Shown: positions 32,101 to 47,100 of the stretch, in pieces
How positions within the stretch are numbered: the first letter of the stretch is position 1
Layout of the letters: every line of letters begins with the position of its first letter
DNA from: an uncultured Gammaproteobacteria bacterium
GTDB lineage: Bacteria > Pseudomonadota > Gammaproteobacteria > UBA9214
DNA: 64,000 nucleotides
NCBI GenBank assembly: GCA_963827755.1
Contig: CAWHCQ010000014.1
Location: 1 to 64,000, forward strand
Direction: 5' to 3'
Program-made: the position numbers and the translations under genes
The notes under the pieces: generated by a model
Databases searched by the model: none
The model's input: the letters and a program-made list of their open reading frames with translations, nothing else
Told to the model about the DNA's origin: nothing

Positions 32101-35100
32101 TACACGATCACGGTCAATGACGCCAATGGCGGCACCGACACCCAGGATGTGACGGTCACCATCACCGGTGCCAATGACGTCCCGGTCATCGCGGTTGTGG
32201 ATGTTGCTGGCAGTATCACTGAAGGCGCCACACTGAGTGATGCCGGTTCGATCACCTTTACCGATCTCGACCTGACTGATACGCCGACAGCAAGTGAGGC
32301 CACCAAGTCGATCACCACTACGCTGACGCTGACAGCCGCCCAGCAGAGTGCGATCGAGAATGCCTTTACCATCAGTGCTGATGCCGGCAACACCAACAAC
32401 GGCACCATTAACTGGGACTACACGATCAGTGAGGCCAGCCTCAACTTCCTGGCAGCAGGCGAGACAGTCACGGCCGTGTTCACCATTACCATGGACGACG
32501 GTAACGGTGGCACTGACACCCAGGATGTAACCATCTCTATCACGGGCAGTAATGATGCCCCGGTCATCGCCGTCGTCGATGTAACCGGCAGCATCACTGA
32601 AGGCACAACGCTCACCGACAGTGGTTCGATTACCTTCACCGATCTCGACCTGACCGACATGCCAACGGCGACCGAGGTCACCAAGTCCGTGACCACGGCA
32701 CTGACGCTGACAGCCGCGCAGCAGAGTGCGATCGAGAATGCCTTCACCATCAGTGCGGCAGGGGGCAACACCAATAACGGGACCATCAACTGGGATTACA
32801 CCATCACGGAAGGTGAACTCGACTTCCTCGCCGCCGGCGAAACGGTCACAGTTGTCTACACTATCACGGTGAATGATGCCAATGGCGGCACCGACACCCA
32901 GGATGTGACGGTGACCATCACCGGTGCCAATGACGTCCTGGTTATCGCCGTCGTTGATGTGGCAGGCGCCATCACCGAGGGCGCCACGCTGAGTGATGCC
33001 GGCTCGATCACCTTCACCGATCTCGATCTGACTGATACGCCGACGGCCACGGAAGTGACCAAGTCCGTCACTACGGCGCTGACCCTGACGGCCGCGCAGC
33101 AGACCGCGATCGAGAATGCCTTCACCATCAGCCCCGATGCCGGCAACACCAACAACGGCACCATCAACTGGGATTACACCATCACCGAGGCCGAGCTGGA
33201 CTTCCTCGCCGCCGGCGAGACGGTCACGGTTGTCTACACCATCACCGTCGATGACGCCAACGGTGGCACCGACACCCAGGATGTGACCATCACCATCACC
33301 GGTGCGAACGACGTCCCGGTTATTGCGGTCGTCGATGTTGCAGGCAGTATCACAGAAGGCGCCACACTGAGTGATGCCGGTTCGATCACTTTTACCGATC
33401 TCGACCTGACCGATACGCCGACGGCGAGTGAAGTCACGAAATCTGTGACTACAACACTGACGCTGACAGCCGCGCAGCAAAGTGCAATTGAGAATGCCTT
33501 TACCATCAGTGCAGCGGGGGGCAACACCAATAACGGCACCATCAACTGGGACTACACCATTACCGAGGCCGAGCTCGACTTCCTGGCCGCGGGTGAAACA
33601 GTCACGGTCGTGTCTACACCATCACGGTGAATGACGCCAATGGCGGCACCGACACCCAGGATGTGACGGTCACGATCACCGGCGCCAATGACGCCCCGGT
33701 TATTGCGGTTGTCGATGTGGCAGGTAGCATCACCGAGGGCACGACGCTAAGTGATGCCGGTTCGATCACCTTTACCGATCTCGACCTGACTGATACGCCG
33801 ACGGCCACGGAAGTGACCAAGTCCGTTACTACGGCGCTGACGCTGACGGCCGCGCAGCAGACCGCGATCGAGGACGCCTTCACCATCAGCCCCGATGCCG
33901 GCAACACCAACAACGGCACCATCAACTGGGATTACACCATCACCGAGGCCGAGCTGGACTTCCTGGCCGCCGGTGAGACAGTCACGGTGGTCTACACCAT
34001 CACCGTCGATGACGCCAACGGCGGCACCGATACCCAGGATGTGACCATCTCCATCACCGGCGCGAACGACGCCCCGGTCATTGCGGTTGTTGACGTAACA
34101 GGCACCATCACCGAGGGCACGACACTCACTGACAGTGGTTCGATCACCTTTACCGATCTCGACCTGACCGATACACCGACGGCCACCGAGGTCACCAAGT
34201 CCGTGACCACGGCACTGACCCTGACGGCCGCGCAGCAGAGTGCGATCGAGGATGCCTTCACCATCAGCCCCGATGCGCTCAATACCAACGACGGCACCAT
34301 CAACTGGGATTACACCATCACCGAGGCCGAGCTGGACTTCCTGGCCGCGGGCGAGACAGTCACGGTGGTCTACACGATCACGGTCAATGACGCCAATGGC
34401 GGCACCGACACCCAGGATGTGACGGTCACGATCACCGGCGCGAATGACGCCCCGGTTATCGCCGTTGTCGACGTGGCCGGTAGTATCACCGAGGGCACGA
34501 CACTCACTGACAGTGGCTCGATCACCTTTACCGATCTCGACCTGACCGATACACCGACGGCCACCGAGGTCACCAAGTCCGTGACCACGGCACTGACGCT
34601 GACGGCCGCGCAGCAGAGTGCGATCGAGGATGCCTTCACCATCAGCCCCGATGCACTCAATACCAACGACGGCACCATCAACTGGGATTACACCATCACC
34701 GAGGCCGAGCTCGACTTCCTGGCCGCGGGCGAGACAGTCACGGTGGTCTACACGATCACGGTGAATGACGCCAATGGCGGCACCGACACCCAGGATGTGA
34801 CGGTCACGATCACCGGCGCGAATGACGCCCCGGTTATCGCCGTTGTCGATGTGGCCGGTAGTATCACCGAGGGCACGACGCTCACTGACAGTGGCTCGAT
34901 CACCTTTACCGATCTCGACCTGACCGATACACCGACGGCCACCGAGGTCACCAAGTCCGTGACCACGGCACTGACCCTGACGGCCGCGCAGCAGAGTGCG
35001 ATCGAGGATGCCTTCACCATCAGCCCCGATGCACGGTCAATACCAACAACGGCACCATCAACTGGGATTACACCATCACCGAGGCCGAGCTGGACTTCCT

Positions 35101-38100
35101 GGCCGCGGGCGAGACAGTCACGGTGGTCTACACGATCACGGTCAATGACGCCAATGGCGGCACCGACACCCAGGATGTGACGGTCACGATCACCGGCGCC
35201 AACGACGCCCCGGTTATCGCCGTCGTCGATGTGGCCGGCAGTATCACCGAGGGCACGACACTCAGTGACGCTGGCTCGATCACCTTTACCGATCTCGACC
35301 TGACCGATACACCGACGGCCACCGAGGTCACCAAGTCCGTGACCACGGCACTGACCCTGACGGCCGCGCAGCAGAGTGCGATCGAGGATGCCTTCACCAT
35401 CAGCCCCGATGCACTCAATACCAACGACGGCACCATCAACTGGGATTACACCATCACCGAGGCCGAGCTGGACTTCCTGGCCGCGGGCGAGACAGTCACG
35501 GTGGTCTACACGATCACGGTCAATGACGCCAATGGCGGCACCGACACCCAGGATGTGACGGTCACGATAACAGGCGCGAATGACGCCCCGGTTATCGCCG
35601 TCGTCGACGTGGCCGGTAGTATCACCGAGGGCACGACACTCACTGACAGTGGCTCGATTACCTTTACCGATCTCGACCTGACCGATACACCGACGGCCAC
35701 CGAGGTCACCAAGTCCGTGACCACGGCACTGACCCTGACGGCCGCGCAGCAGAGTGCGATCGAGGATGCCTTCACCATCAGCCCCGATGCACTCAATACC
35801 AACGACGGCACCATCAACTGGGATTACACCATCACCGAGGCCGAGCTGGACTTCCTGGCCGCGGGCGAGACAGTCACGGTGGTCTACACGATCACGGTGG
35901 ATGACGCCAACGGCGGCACCGACACCCAGGATGTGACGGTCACGATCACCGGCGCGAATGACGCCCCGGTTATCGCGGTCGTCGACGTGGCCGGTAGTAT
36001 CACCGAGGGCACGACACTCACTGACAGTGGTTCGATCACCTTTACCGATCTCGACCTGACCGATACACCGACGGCCACCGAGGTCACCAAGTCCGTGACC
36101 ACGGCACTGACCCTGACGGCCGCGCAGCAGAGTGCGATCGAGGATGCCTTCACCATCAGCCCCGATGCACGGCAATACCAACAACGGCACCATCAACTGG
36201 GATTACACCATCACCGAGGCCGAGCTGGACTTCCTGGCCGCGGGCGAGACAGTCACGGTGGTCTACACGATCACGGTCAATGACGCCAATGGCGGCACCG
36301 ACACCCAGGATGTGACGGTCACCATCACCGGCGCGAATGACGCCCCGGTTATCGCCGTTGTCGACGTGGCCGGCAGTATCACCGAGGGCACGACACTCAC
36401 TGACAGTGGCTCGATCACCTTTACCGATCTCGACCTGACCGATACACCGACGGCCACCGAGGTCACCAAGTCCGTGACCACGGCGCTGACCCTGACGGCC
36501 GCGCAGCAGACCGCGATCGAGGATGCCTTCACCATCAGCCCCGATGCACGTCAATACCAACGACGGCACCATCAACTGGGATTACACCATCACCGAGGCC
36601 GAGCTCGACTTCCTGGCCGCCGGCGAGACAGTCACGGTGGTCTACACGATCACGGTCAATGACGCCAACGGCGGCACCGACACCCAGGATGTGACGGTTA
36701 CCATCATTGGAAGTAATGACGCGCCAGTGCTGAATAACAGCGGCATAATGAATTTGCCAAATGTATTAATGAATGCGACAGATCCTGGCGGTGAACTGGT
36801 ATCAGCAATTATTGCCAGCGCCGGTGGTGATCGAATCACTGATGTTGATTCAGGCAGCGTAGAAGGGATCGCGGTCACGGCGGTTGATGATATAAACGGC
36901 ACCTGGGAATATTCCACCAACGGCGGTACCAGCTGGACAGCATTTGGGCTGGTTACTAACGGATCGGCGGTCGTGTTGATGGACACGACTAATGACCTCA
37001 TACGTTTTGTCCCAACCCCGGGGTTTACTGGTAATGCTGCAATCACATTCCGCGCATGGGATGCCACAGACGGAAATACAAGCGGCACTGGCGCCGTCAA
37101 TACCGGCACGGGTGGTGTTGCTACAGCGTTCAGCAGTGCAACTGAATCGGCAAGCATATATGTCGAACCGGCCGAAAGCGGGATGTGGTTATCGACGGAC
37201 AGTGATGTTGGTCCGGACTATGGTGAGGCTACCAGCGGTGTAGCGGGACTGTCCAGTTGGTCCGAGGGTACCGTAATCGGGATGGGTGACCCAAACCTTT
37301 CCTATGGCGTGGGCACCACGAACGGCACCTTCCAGGCCGTGAGCAATTTTGACCTGTTCGCTGCTGATAACGATGTGGAAATCACCGGCCTGCATTATGT
37401 CGGTTCCAATATAACCGTTACCGGTGCCGGTATATCCGGCGGCAGTATTGACCTGACGGTCGGAGACATGTTGTTTAGCACGGACGATGCCGAGTCGCTT
37501 TCAAATGCCGCGGCAGGCGCACCGGCAGGCTGGTCGAACAGTATCGCAACAGCGCCTGGAAGTATCTATGCCTTCCGCGCCGAAAATGCGGGTGACTACA
37601 GCAGCGGCTTCTTCCGCCTGGTAATGAACGACCCGGCGGTCAACGAGACCCAGGGCCTGACCCTGGTGGAAGCGGACACAAAAATCGGCAATACCTGGGT
37701 CGATGCCGGCGACTTCCTGTATGTACAGTCAGGGAATATCCAGCAAAATGAAATTTTCTGGTATGACACCAGTGCCAACACATCCTTCCAGCTGATAGAT
37801 GGGGCGGACATCGGCATAGATAATGGTGGAGGAGAGCCCGAGCTCATTGGTATCGAGCTGATCGAGAACTCGACCATTGTTGGTGGTGTAGCGCTGAACA
37901 GTGGAAATATTCTGCTTACCATCGACAGGTCAGACAACGTTGGCGACAATAATTTGTCGGTCAAGCGCCAGGACGTGTTTGTCCTCAATGTGACGGCGAC
38001 GACGCTCGACTCCGGCACTGCGCTCGCCACGGCCAGCCTGTTGTTTGATGGTGATGACGTCAACTTTGATAACAGCCGCGAGAACGTGGACGCCCTGAGT

Positions 38101-41100
38101 CTGTTCGTTCGCGGTAGTGGTACAAACCAGGCGCCGGTACTGGGAACAACAAGCGGTGCTGCAAGCTACACTGAAAACAATCCCCACGTTGTTATTGATG
38201 GCAGTATCACTGTGTCCGATGTGGATTCCCCTGATTTCAACGGCGGTATCCTCAGTGTTAATTTCAGTGCAGGTGGCGCAACCGGTGACCGTTTATCGAT
38301 CTTCAACCAGGGTACTGGCGCGGGACAAATCGGCGTCAGTGGCGATGATGTCACTTTCGGCGGTGTCACTATCGGTATCTTTCACAGGTGGATTGAACAG
38401 CACAGATCCACTGGTTATCAATCTGAATGCCAACGCCGATGTGGCGGCCACGCAGACGCTGCTGCGAAACATCACCTTCTGGAATGTATCGAGACAACCC
38501 GTCCACGCTTGCGCGTACCGTGAGTTTTGTTCTGAACGACGGTGATGGCGGTACCAGTAACGTCATTTCGCAGACAGTAAATGTCACTGCCGTGGCTGAT
38601 GCACCCGTGGCGGTAAATGACAACTCGGGTCTCGACTTCGATGGCATCGATGACTATGTAGCCATCGCAGACAGCGCCAGCCTGACGATGACGAACACCA
38701 TGACCATGGAGGCCTGGATCAAGGCGGACGCATCGGCCAACGTCAACCGGATGATCATCAACAAGGAGGGTGAGTACGAGGTTGCCCTGTTCTCGGATGG
38801 CACTATTAACTGGGCATTCGCCAACAGCGATCCCGGCTGGACCTGGCATAATACCGGCTACGTGGTGGCAGACGGCGAGTGGACCCACATCGCGGTAGCC
38901 TATGACAATGGCACGGTGTCGACCTACGTCAACGGTACACTCGTCGATGTGTACAACGGTTCGGGGTCCCTTGGTGACGCCCATGCCACGCTGGATGAGC
39001 TGCGCATCGGCGGCCGCTCGAACAACCCGGCCGGTAAATACTTCGATGGCCAGATCGACGAGGTCCGGATCTGGAATACGGCGCGGACCCAGGCTGAGAT
39101 CCAGGCCTCGCTTGACCAGGTCTTGACTGGTGCTGAAGCCGGCCTCGCGGGTTACTGGAACTTCAACGAAGGCTCGGGTAGCAGCTGTTGCCGATCTGAC
39201 CGGGAATGGAAATACCGGCACACTGATCGATGGCGGGGCAGGGACCGCCGGGCCGCAGTGGACGGGCTACAGCACCGACCAGGATACACAGATCAGTATT
39301 ATCGCGGTCAATGGCGTCGTGGCGAACGACATTGACGGTGACGGTGATGCATTGACCGTCACGCAGGTCAATGGCAGCGGCGCCAACGTCGGTTCGCTGT
39401 TTACGTTGCCGTCAGGCGCAAATCTTACCGTTGGCACCCTCGGCGATTTTATCTACGATCCCAACGGTGCATTTGATTACCTTGCTGCCGGCCAGGTTGC
39501 CACGGACAGTTTCACCTACCAGGTCGATGATGGTAACGGCGGTACGGATACTGCCACCGTTACTCTTCGTATTACAGGGACAGCGGACGCCCCGACAAGC
39601 AACAACGTCGGTGCTACCGGAGATGAAGATGATACCTCGATCGCCATCACCCTCACCGGCAGTGATGTTGACGGCAGCGTAGACTTTTACCAGCTCACCA
39701 GTCTGCCTGCCAATGGCACGCTCTACACTGATGCCACGTTATTAATACGCTGCCGCGACCGGCAGCGATTACGCTGCCACGGCCGAAGCGCTGACACTCT
39801 ATTTCGTGCCGAATCTCGACTGGAACGGGGTCACCAGCTTCCAGTTTGCAGCTAAAGATAACAGCGGCCTGCTCGATGCCACACCCGCCACGGCAACGAT
39901 CACTGTCGATGCTGTGAACGATGCCCCGGTCATCGCCATTGTCGATGTTACAGGTAGCATTACCGAGGGCGCTACACTGAGTGATGCCGGTTCGATTACC
40001 TTTACCGACGTCGACGTGAGCGATACGCCAACGGCAACTGAAGTCACCAAGTCCGTGACCACGGCACTGACGCTGACGGCTGCACAGCAAACCGCAATCG
40101 AGGATGCCTTTACGATCAGCCCTGATGCCGGCAATACCAACAACGGCACCATTAACTGGGATTACACCATCACCGAGGCCGAGCTTGACTTCCTCGCCGC
40201 CGGCGAGACGGTCACCGTGGTGTATACCATCACGGTCGATGACGCCAACGGCGGCACCGACACCCAGGATGTGACGGTCACGATTACCGGCGCCAACGAC
40301 GCCCCGGTCATTGCGGTTGTCGATGTCGCCGGCGCCATCACCGAGGGCACGACACTCACTGACAGTGGTTCGATCACGTTTACCGACCTCGACCTGACGG
40401 ATACACCGACGGCCACCGAGGTCGACCAAGTCCGTGACGACGGCGCTGACCCTGACGGCCGCGCAGCAGACCGCGATCGAGGATGCCTTTACCATCAGCC
40501 CGGATGCCGGCAACACCAACAACGGCACCATCAACTGGGATTACACCATCACCGAGGCCGAGCTCGACTTCCTCGCCGTCGGCGAGACGGTCACGGTGGT
40601 CTACACCATCACGGTGAATGACGCCAACGGCGGCACCGATACCCAGGATGTGACGATCACCATCACCGGCGCGAACGACGCCCCGGTCATTGCGGTTGTC
40701 GATGTAACAGGCGCCATCACCGAGGGCACCACGCTCACCGACAGTGGTTCGATCACCTTTACCGATCTTGACCTGACCGATACACCGACGGCCACCGAGG
40801 TCACCAAGTCTGTGACCACTGCGCTGACACTGACGGCCGCACAGCAGACTGCGATCGAGGATGCCTTCACCATCAGCCCGGATGCCGGCAACACCAACAA
40901 CGGTACGATTAACTGGGATTACACCATCACCGAGGCCGAACTTGATTTTCTGGCCGCCGGCGAGACGGTCACGGTGGTCTACACCATCACGGTCGATGAC
41001 GCCAATGGCGGCACCGATACCCAGGATGTGACGGTCACCATCACCGGCGCCAACGACGCCCCGGTCATTGCGGTCGTCGATGTGGCCGGCAGCATCACCG

Positions 41101-44100
41101 AGGGTACGACACTCAGTGACAGCTGGCTCGATCACCTTTACCGATCTCGACCTGACCGATACGCCGACGGCCACCGAGGTCACCAAGTCCGTGACCACGG
41201 CACTGACGCTGACGGCCGCACAGCAGACCGCGATCGAGGATGCCTTCACCATCAGTCCGGATGCCGGCAACACCAACAACGGCACCATCAACTGGGACTA
41301 CACCATCACCGAGGCCGAACTCGATTTTCTCGCCGCCGGCGAGACGGTGACGGTGGTGTATACGATTACGGTCGATGACGGCAATAGTGGCACCGACACC
41401 CAGGATGTGACCATCACGATCACCGGCACCAACGACGCACCCGGTCATCGCCATTGTCGATGTCACCGGCAGCATTACCGAGGGCGCGACACTTACCGAT
41501 AGTGGCTCGATCACCTTTACCGATCTGGACCTGACCGATACGCCAACGGCGACTGAGGTCACCAAGTCCGTGACCACGGCGCTGACGCTGACGGCCGCCC
41601 AGCAAACTGCCATTGAGGACGCCTTTACCATCAGTGCGCATGCTGGCAATACCAACAACGGCACCATCAACTGGGATTACACCATCACCGAGGCCGAGCT
41701 TGACTTCCTGGCAGCCGGTGAGACGGTCACGGTGGTCTACACCATCACGGTCGATGACGCCAATGGCGGTACCGATACCCAGGATGTGACGGTCACCATT
41801 ACCGGCGCCAACGACGCCCCGGTCATTGCGATCGTCGATGTGGCAGGCAGCATCACCGAAGGTGCCACGCTGACCGACAGTGGCTCGATCACCTTTACCG
41901 ATCTCGATCTGACCGATACGCCAACGGCAACGGAAGTGACCAAGTCCGTGACCACGGCACTGACCCTGACGGCTGCACAGCAGACCGCGATCGAGGATGC
42001 CTTCACCATCAGTCCCGGATGCGGGCAATACCAACAACGGTACCATCAACTGGGACTACACCATCACCGAGGCCGAGCTTGATTTTCTCGCAGCCGGCGA
42101 GACGGTCACGGTGGTTTACACCATTACGGTCGATGACGCCAATGGCGGCACGGATACCCAGGATGTCACGGTCACCATTACCGGCGCCAACGACGCCCCG
42201 GTCATCGCTGTCGTCGATGTCACAGGCGTCATCACCGAAGGCACTACGCTGACTGACAGTGGCTCGATCACCTTTACCGATCTCGACCTGACCGATACAC
42301 CGACGGCGAGTGAGGCCACCAAGTCGGTCACCACGGCACTGACGCTGACGGCTGCCCAGCAAACGGCCATCGAGAATGCCTTTACCATCAGTGCCGATGC
42401 CGGCAACACCAACAACGGTACCATCAACTGGGATTACACCATCACCGAGGCCGAACTCGACTTCCTCGCCGCGGGCGAGACGGTGACCGTGGTATTCACC
42501 ATCACGGTGGATGATGGCAATGGCGGCACCGACACCCAGGATGTGACGGTCACTATCACCGGCGCCAACGATGCCCCGGTCATCGCCGTTGGTCGATGTC
42601 ACAGGCAGTATCACCGAGGGCAGTACACTCACCGACAGCGGTTCGATCACCTTTACCGATCTTGACCTGACCGATACACCAACGGCCACGGAAGTGACCA
42701 AGTCCGTGACCACGGCACTGACATTGACGGCCGCCCAGCAGACGGCGATCGAGGACGCCTTCACCATCAGTGCGGCGGGGGGTAATACCAACAACGGCAC
42801 CATCAACTGGGATTACACCATCACCGAGGCCGAGCTCGACTTCCTGGCCGCCGGCGAGACAGTCACGGTGGTCTACACCATCACGGTCAATGACGCCAAC
42901 GGCGGCACCGACACCCAGGATGTGACGGTCACGATCACCGGTGCCAACGACGCCCCGGTCATTGCGGTCGTCGATGTGGCCGGCAGCATCACCGAGGGTA
43001 CGACACTGAGTGATGCCGGCTCGATCACCTTTACCGATCTGGACCTCACCGATACACCAACGGCAACGGAGGTGACCAAGTCGGTGACCACGGCATTGAC
43101 CCTGACGGCTGCACAGCAGACCGCGATCGAGGATGCCTTCACCATCAGCCCTGATGCCGGCAATACCAACAACGGCACCATCAACTGGGATTACACCATC
43201 ACCGAGGCCGAGCTCGATTTCCTCGCCGCCGGCGAGACGGTCACGGTGGTCTACACCATCACCGTCGATGATGCCAACGGCGGCACCGACACCCAGGATG
43301 TGACGGTCACCATCACCGGCGCCAACGACGCCCCGGTCATTGCGGTCGTCGATGTCGCAGGCGCTATCACCGAAGGCACCACGCTGAGTGATGCTGGTTC
43401 GATCACCTTTACCGATCTCGACCTGACGGATACGCCGACGGCAAGTGAGGCCACCAAGTCAGTCACCACGGCACTGACGCTGAGTGCGGCGCAGCAAGCT
43501 GCGATCGAGAATGCCTTCACGCATCAGTGCGGCGATGCAGGCAATACCAACAACGGCACCATCAACTGGGATTACACCATCACCGAGGCCGAGCTCGACT
43601 TCCTCGCGGCCGGCGAGACGGTCACGGCCGTGTTCACCATTACCGTCGATGACGGCAATGGCGGCACCGACACCCAGGATGTGACGGTCACGATCACCGG
43701 CAGCAACGACGCGCCGGTCATTGCGGTCGTCGATGTGGCAGGTAGTATCACCGAGGGCAGCACGCTGAATGATGCCGGTTCGATCACCTTTACCGATCTT
43801 GACCTCACCGATACACCAACGGCGAGTGAAGTCACCAAGTCCGTGACCACGTCGCTGACACTGACAGCCGCCCAGCAGGCCGCAATCGAGGACGCCTTCA
43901 GCATCAGTGCAGCGGCAGGCAATGCCAATAACGGCACCATCAACTGGGACTACACCATCACCGAGGCCGAGCTTGACTTCCTCGCCGCCGGCGAGACGGT
44001 CACGGTTGTCTATACCATCACCGTCGATGACGCCAATGGCGGCACCGACACCCAGGATGTGACGGTCACCATCACCGGCTGCCAACGATGCCCCGGTCAT

Positions 44101-47100
44101 CGCGGTTGTCGATGTGGCCGGCAGTATTACCGAGGGCAGCACGCTGAGTGATGCCGGTTCGATCACCTTTACCGATCTCGACCTGACCGATACACCGACG
44201 GCAACCGAGGTCACCAAGTCCGTGACCACGGCGCTGACGCTGACAGCCGCCCAGCAGACAGCGATCGAGGATGCCTTCACGATCAGTGCCGGATGCCGGC
44301 AACACCAACAACGGCACCATCAACTGGGATTACACCATCACCGAAGGCAGAGCTCGACTTCCTCGCCGCGGGTGAAATAGTCACGGTGGTCTATACCATC
44401 ACCGTCGATGACGCCAATGGCGGTACCGACACCCAGGATGTCACGGTCACCATCACCGGTGCCAATGATGCCCCGGTCATTGCGGTGGTCGATGTGGCCG
44501 GCAGTATTACCGAGGGCGCCACGCTTACTGACAGTGGTTCGATCACCTTTACCGATCTCGACCTCACCGATACACCAACGGCGAGTGAAGTCACAAAATC
44601 CGTGACAACGGCACTGACGCTCAGTGCAGCGCAGCAGGCTGCAATCGAGAATGCCTTCAGCATCAGTGCGGCAGCAGGCAACACCAACAATGGCGCCATT
44701 AACTGGGACTACACGATCAGTGAGGCAAATCTCGACTTCCTTGCCGCGGGCGAGACCGTCACGGCCGTGTTCACCATTACCGTGGACGACGGCAACGGTA
44801 GCACTGACACCCAGGATGTGAGCGTCACCATCACCGGTGCGAACGACGCCCCGGTCATTGCCATCGTCGATGTGGTGGGTAGTATCACCGAGGGCACGAC
44901 ACTCACCGACACTGGCTCGATCACCTTTACCGATCTCGACCTTACCGATACACCGACGGCCACCGAGATCACCAAGTCAGTGACCACGGCACTGACCCTG
45001 ACGGCTGCACAGCAAACCGCAATCGAGGACGCCTTCAGCATCAGTGCGGCAGCAGGCAACACCAACAACGGCACCATTAACTGGGACTACACGATCACCG
45101 AGGCCGAGCTCGACTTCCTCGCCGCCGGCGAGACGGTCACGGTCGTCTATACGATCACCGTCGATGACGCCAATGGCGGCACCGACACCCAGGATGTGAC
45201 GGTCACCATCACCGGCAGCAACGATGCCCCGGTCATCGCGGTTGTCGATGTGGCCGGCAGTATCACCGAGGGCAGCACGCTGAGTGATGCCGGTTCGATC
45301 ACCTTTACCGATCTCGACCTGACCGATACACCGACGGCGACTGAGGTCACCAAGTCGGTGACCACGGCACTGACACTGACGGCCGCCCAGCAGGCCGCGA
45401 TCGAGGATGCCTTCACGCATCAGTCCGGATGCCGGCAACACCAACAACGGCACCATCAACTGGGATTACACCATCACCGAGGCCGAGCTCGACTTCCTCG
45501 CCGCCGGCGAGACGGTCACGGTCGTCTTCACCATTACCGTCGATGACGGCAACGGCGGCACCGATACCCAGGATGTGACGGTCACCATCACCGGCGCCAA
45601 CGACGCCCCGGTCATTGCGGTTGTCGATGTCGACAGGCAGTATCACCGAAGGCAGCACGCTGACCGACAGTGGTTCGATCACCTTTAGCGATCTCGACCT
45701 GACCGACACGCCGACGGCGAGTGAGGCCACCAAGTCGATCACTTCTGCGCTGACGCTGAGTGCAGCGCAGCAGGCCGCGATCGAGAATGCCTTCAGCATC
45801 AGTGCGGCGGCAGGCAATACCAACAACGGCACCATCAACTGGGATTACACCATCACCGAGGCCGAGCTCGACTTCCTCGCCGCCGGCGAGACGGTCACGG
45901 CCGTGTTCACCATTACCGTCGATGACGGCAACGGCGGCACCGACACTCAGGATGTGACGGTCACCATCACCGGTGCCAACGACGCGCCGGTCATCGCCGT
46001 CGTCGATGTGACAGGCAGTATCATCGAGGGCAGCACGCTGAATGATGCCGGTTCGATCACCTTTACCGATCTCGACCTGACGCGATACGCCGACGGCCAC
46101 CGAGGTCGACCAAGTCCGTGACCACGACACTGACCCTGACGGCGGCACAGCAGGCCGCGATCGAAGACGCCTTCAGCATCAGTGCGGCGGCAGGCAATGC
46201 CAACAACGGCACCATCAACTGGGATTACACCATCACCGAGGCCGAGCTTGACTTCCTCGCCGCGGGCGAGACGGTGACCGTTGTCTACACGATCACCGTC
46301 GATGACGGCAATGGCGGTACCGACAGCCAGGATGTGACAGTCACCATCACCGGCAGCTAATGACGCACCGGTCATCGCGGTCGTCGATGTGGCAGGCAGT
46401 CAATCACCGAGGGCAGCACGCTGAGTGATGCCGGTTCGATCACCTTTACCGATCTCGACCTGACCGATACGCCAACGGCGACCGAGGTCACCAAGTCCGT
46501 GACCACCACGTTGACGCTGACCGCGGCCCAGCAGGCCGCAATCGAGGATGCCTTCACCCTCAGTGCGGATGCCGGCAATACCAACAACGGCACGATCAAC
46601 TGGGATTACACCATTACCGAGGCCGAGCTCGACTTCCTCGCCGCGGGCGAGACGGTCACGGTGGTCTACACCATCACCGTCGATGACGGCAACGGCGGCA
46701 CCGACACCCGGGATGTGACGATTAATATCCTCGGCAGCAACGACACGCCGATTGTCAGCAATGTCAACGCCAACGCTGTAGAAGACGGGGCGACCGTCAA
46801 TGGAAGCTTCGTGGTCACTGATGTCGATGCCACCGACACGCATAGCTTTGATATCACCGGCAGCCCGGCTGAAGGCTCGGTGATAAACAATAATGACGGC
46901 ACCTTTAGCTTCGATCCTGGCACCGATTTCCAGGATCTTGCCCTCGGTGAGACCCGTGATGTGACGTTTACCTACACATCGACCGATGACAGCGGCGCGG
47001 GCAATGCCACCAGCACCGCTGCCACGGTTACAGTGACGGTCACGGGCACCAACGATCAGCCGACGGTGAGCGATGTCGGGATCAATGCGATCGAGGACGG

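Noticed and set aside
21560-46410. Programmed frameshifting or slipped-strand phase variation in the giant gene
   Set aside because: The indels are not at homopolymer or slippery motifs, and similar indels affect unrelated genes (RT, porin). Sequence error is the simpler explanation.
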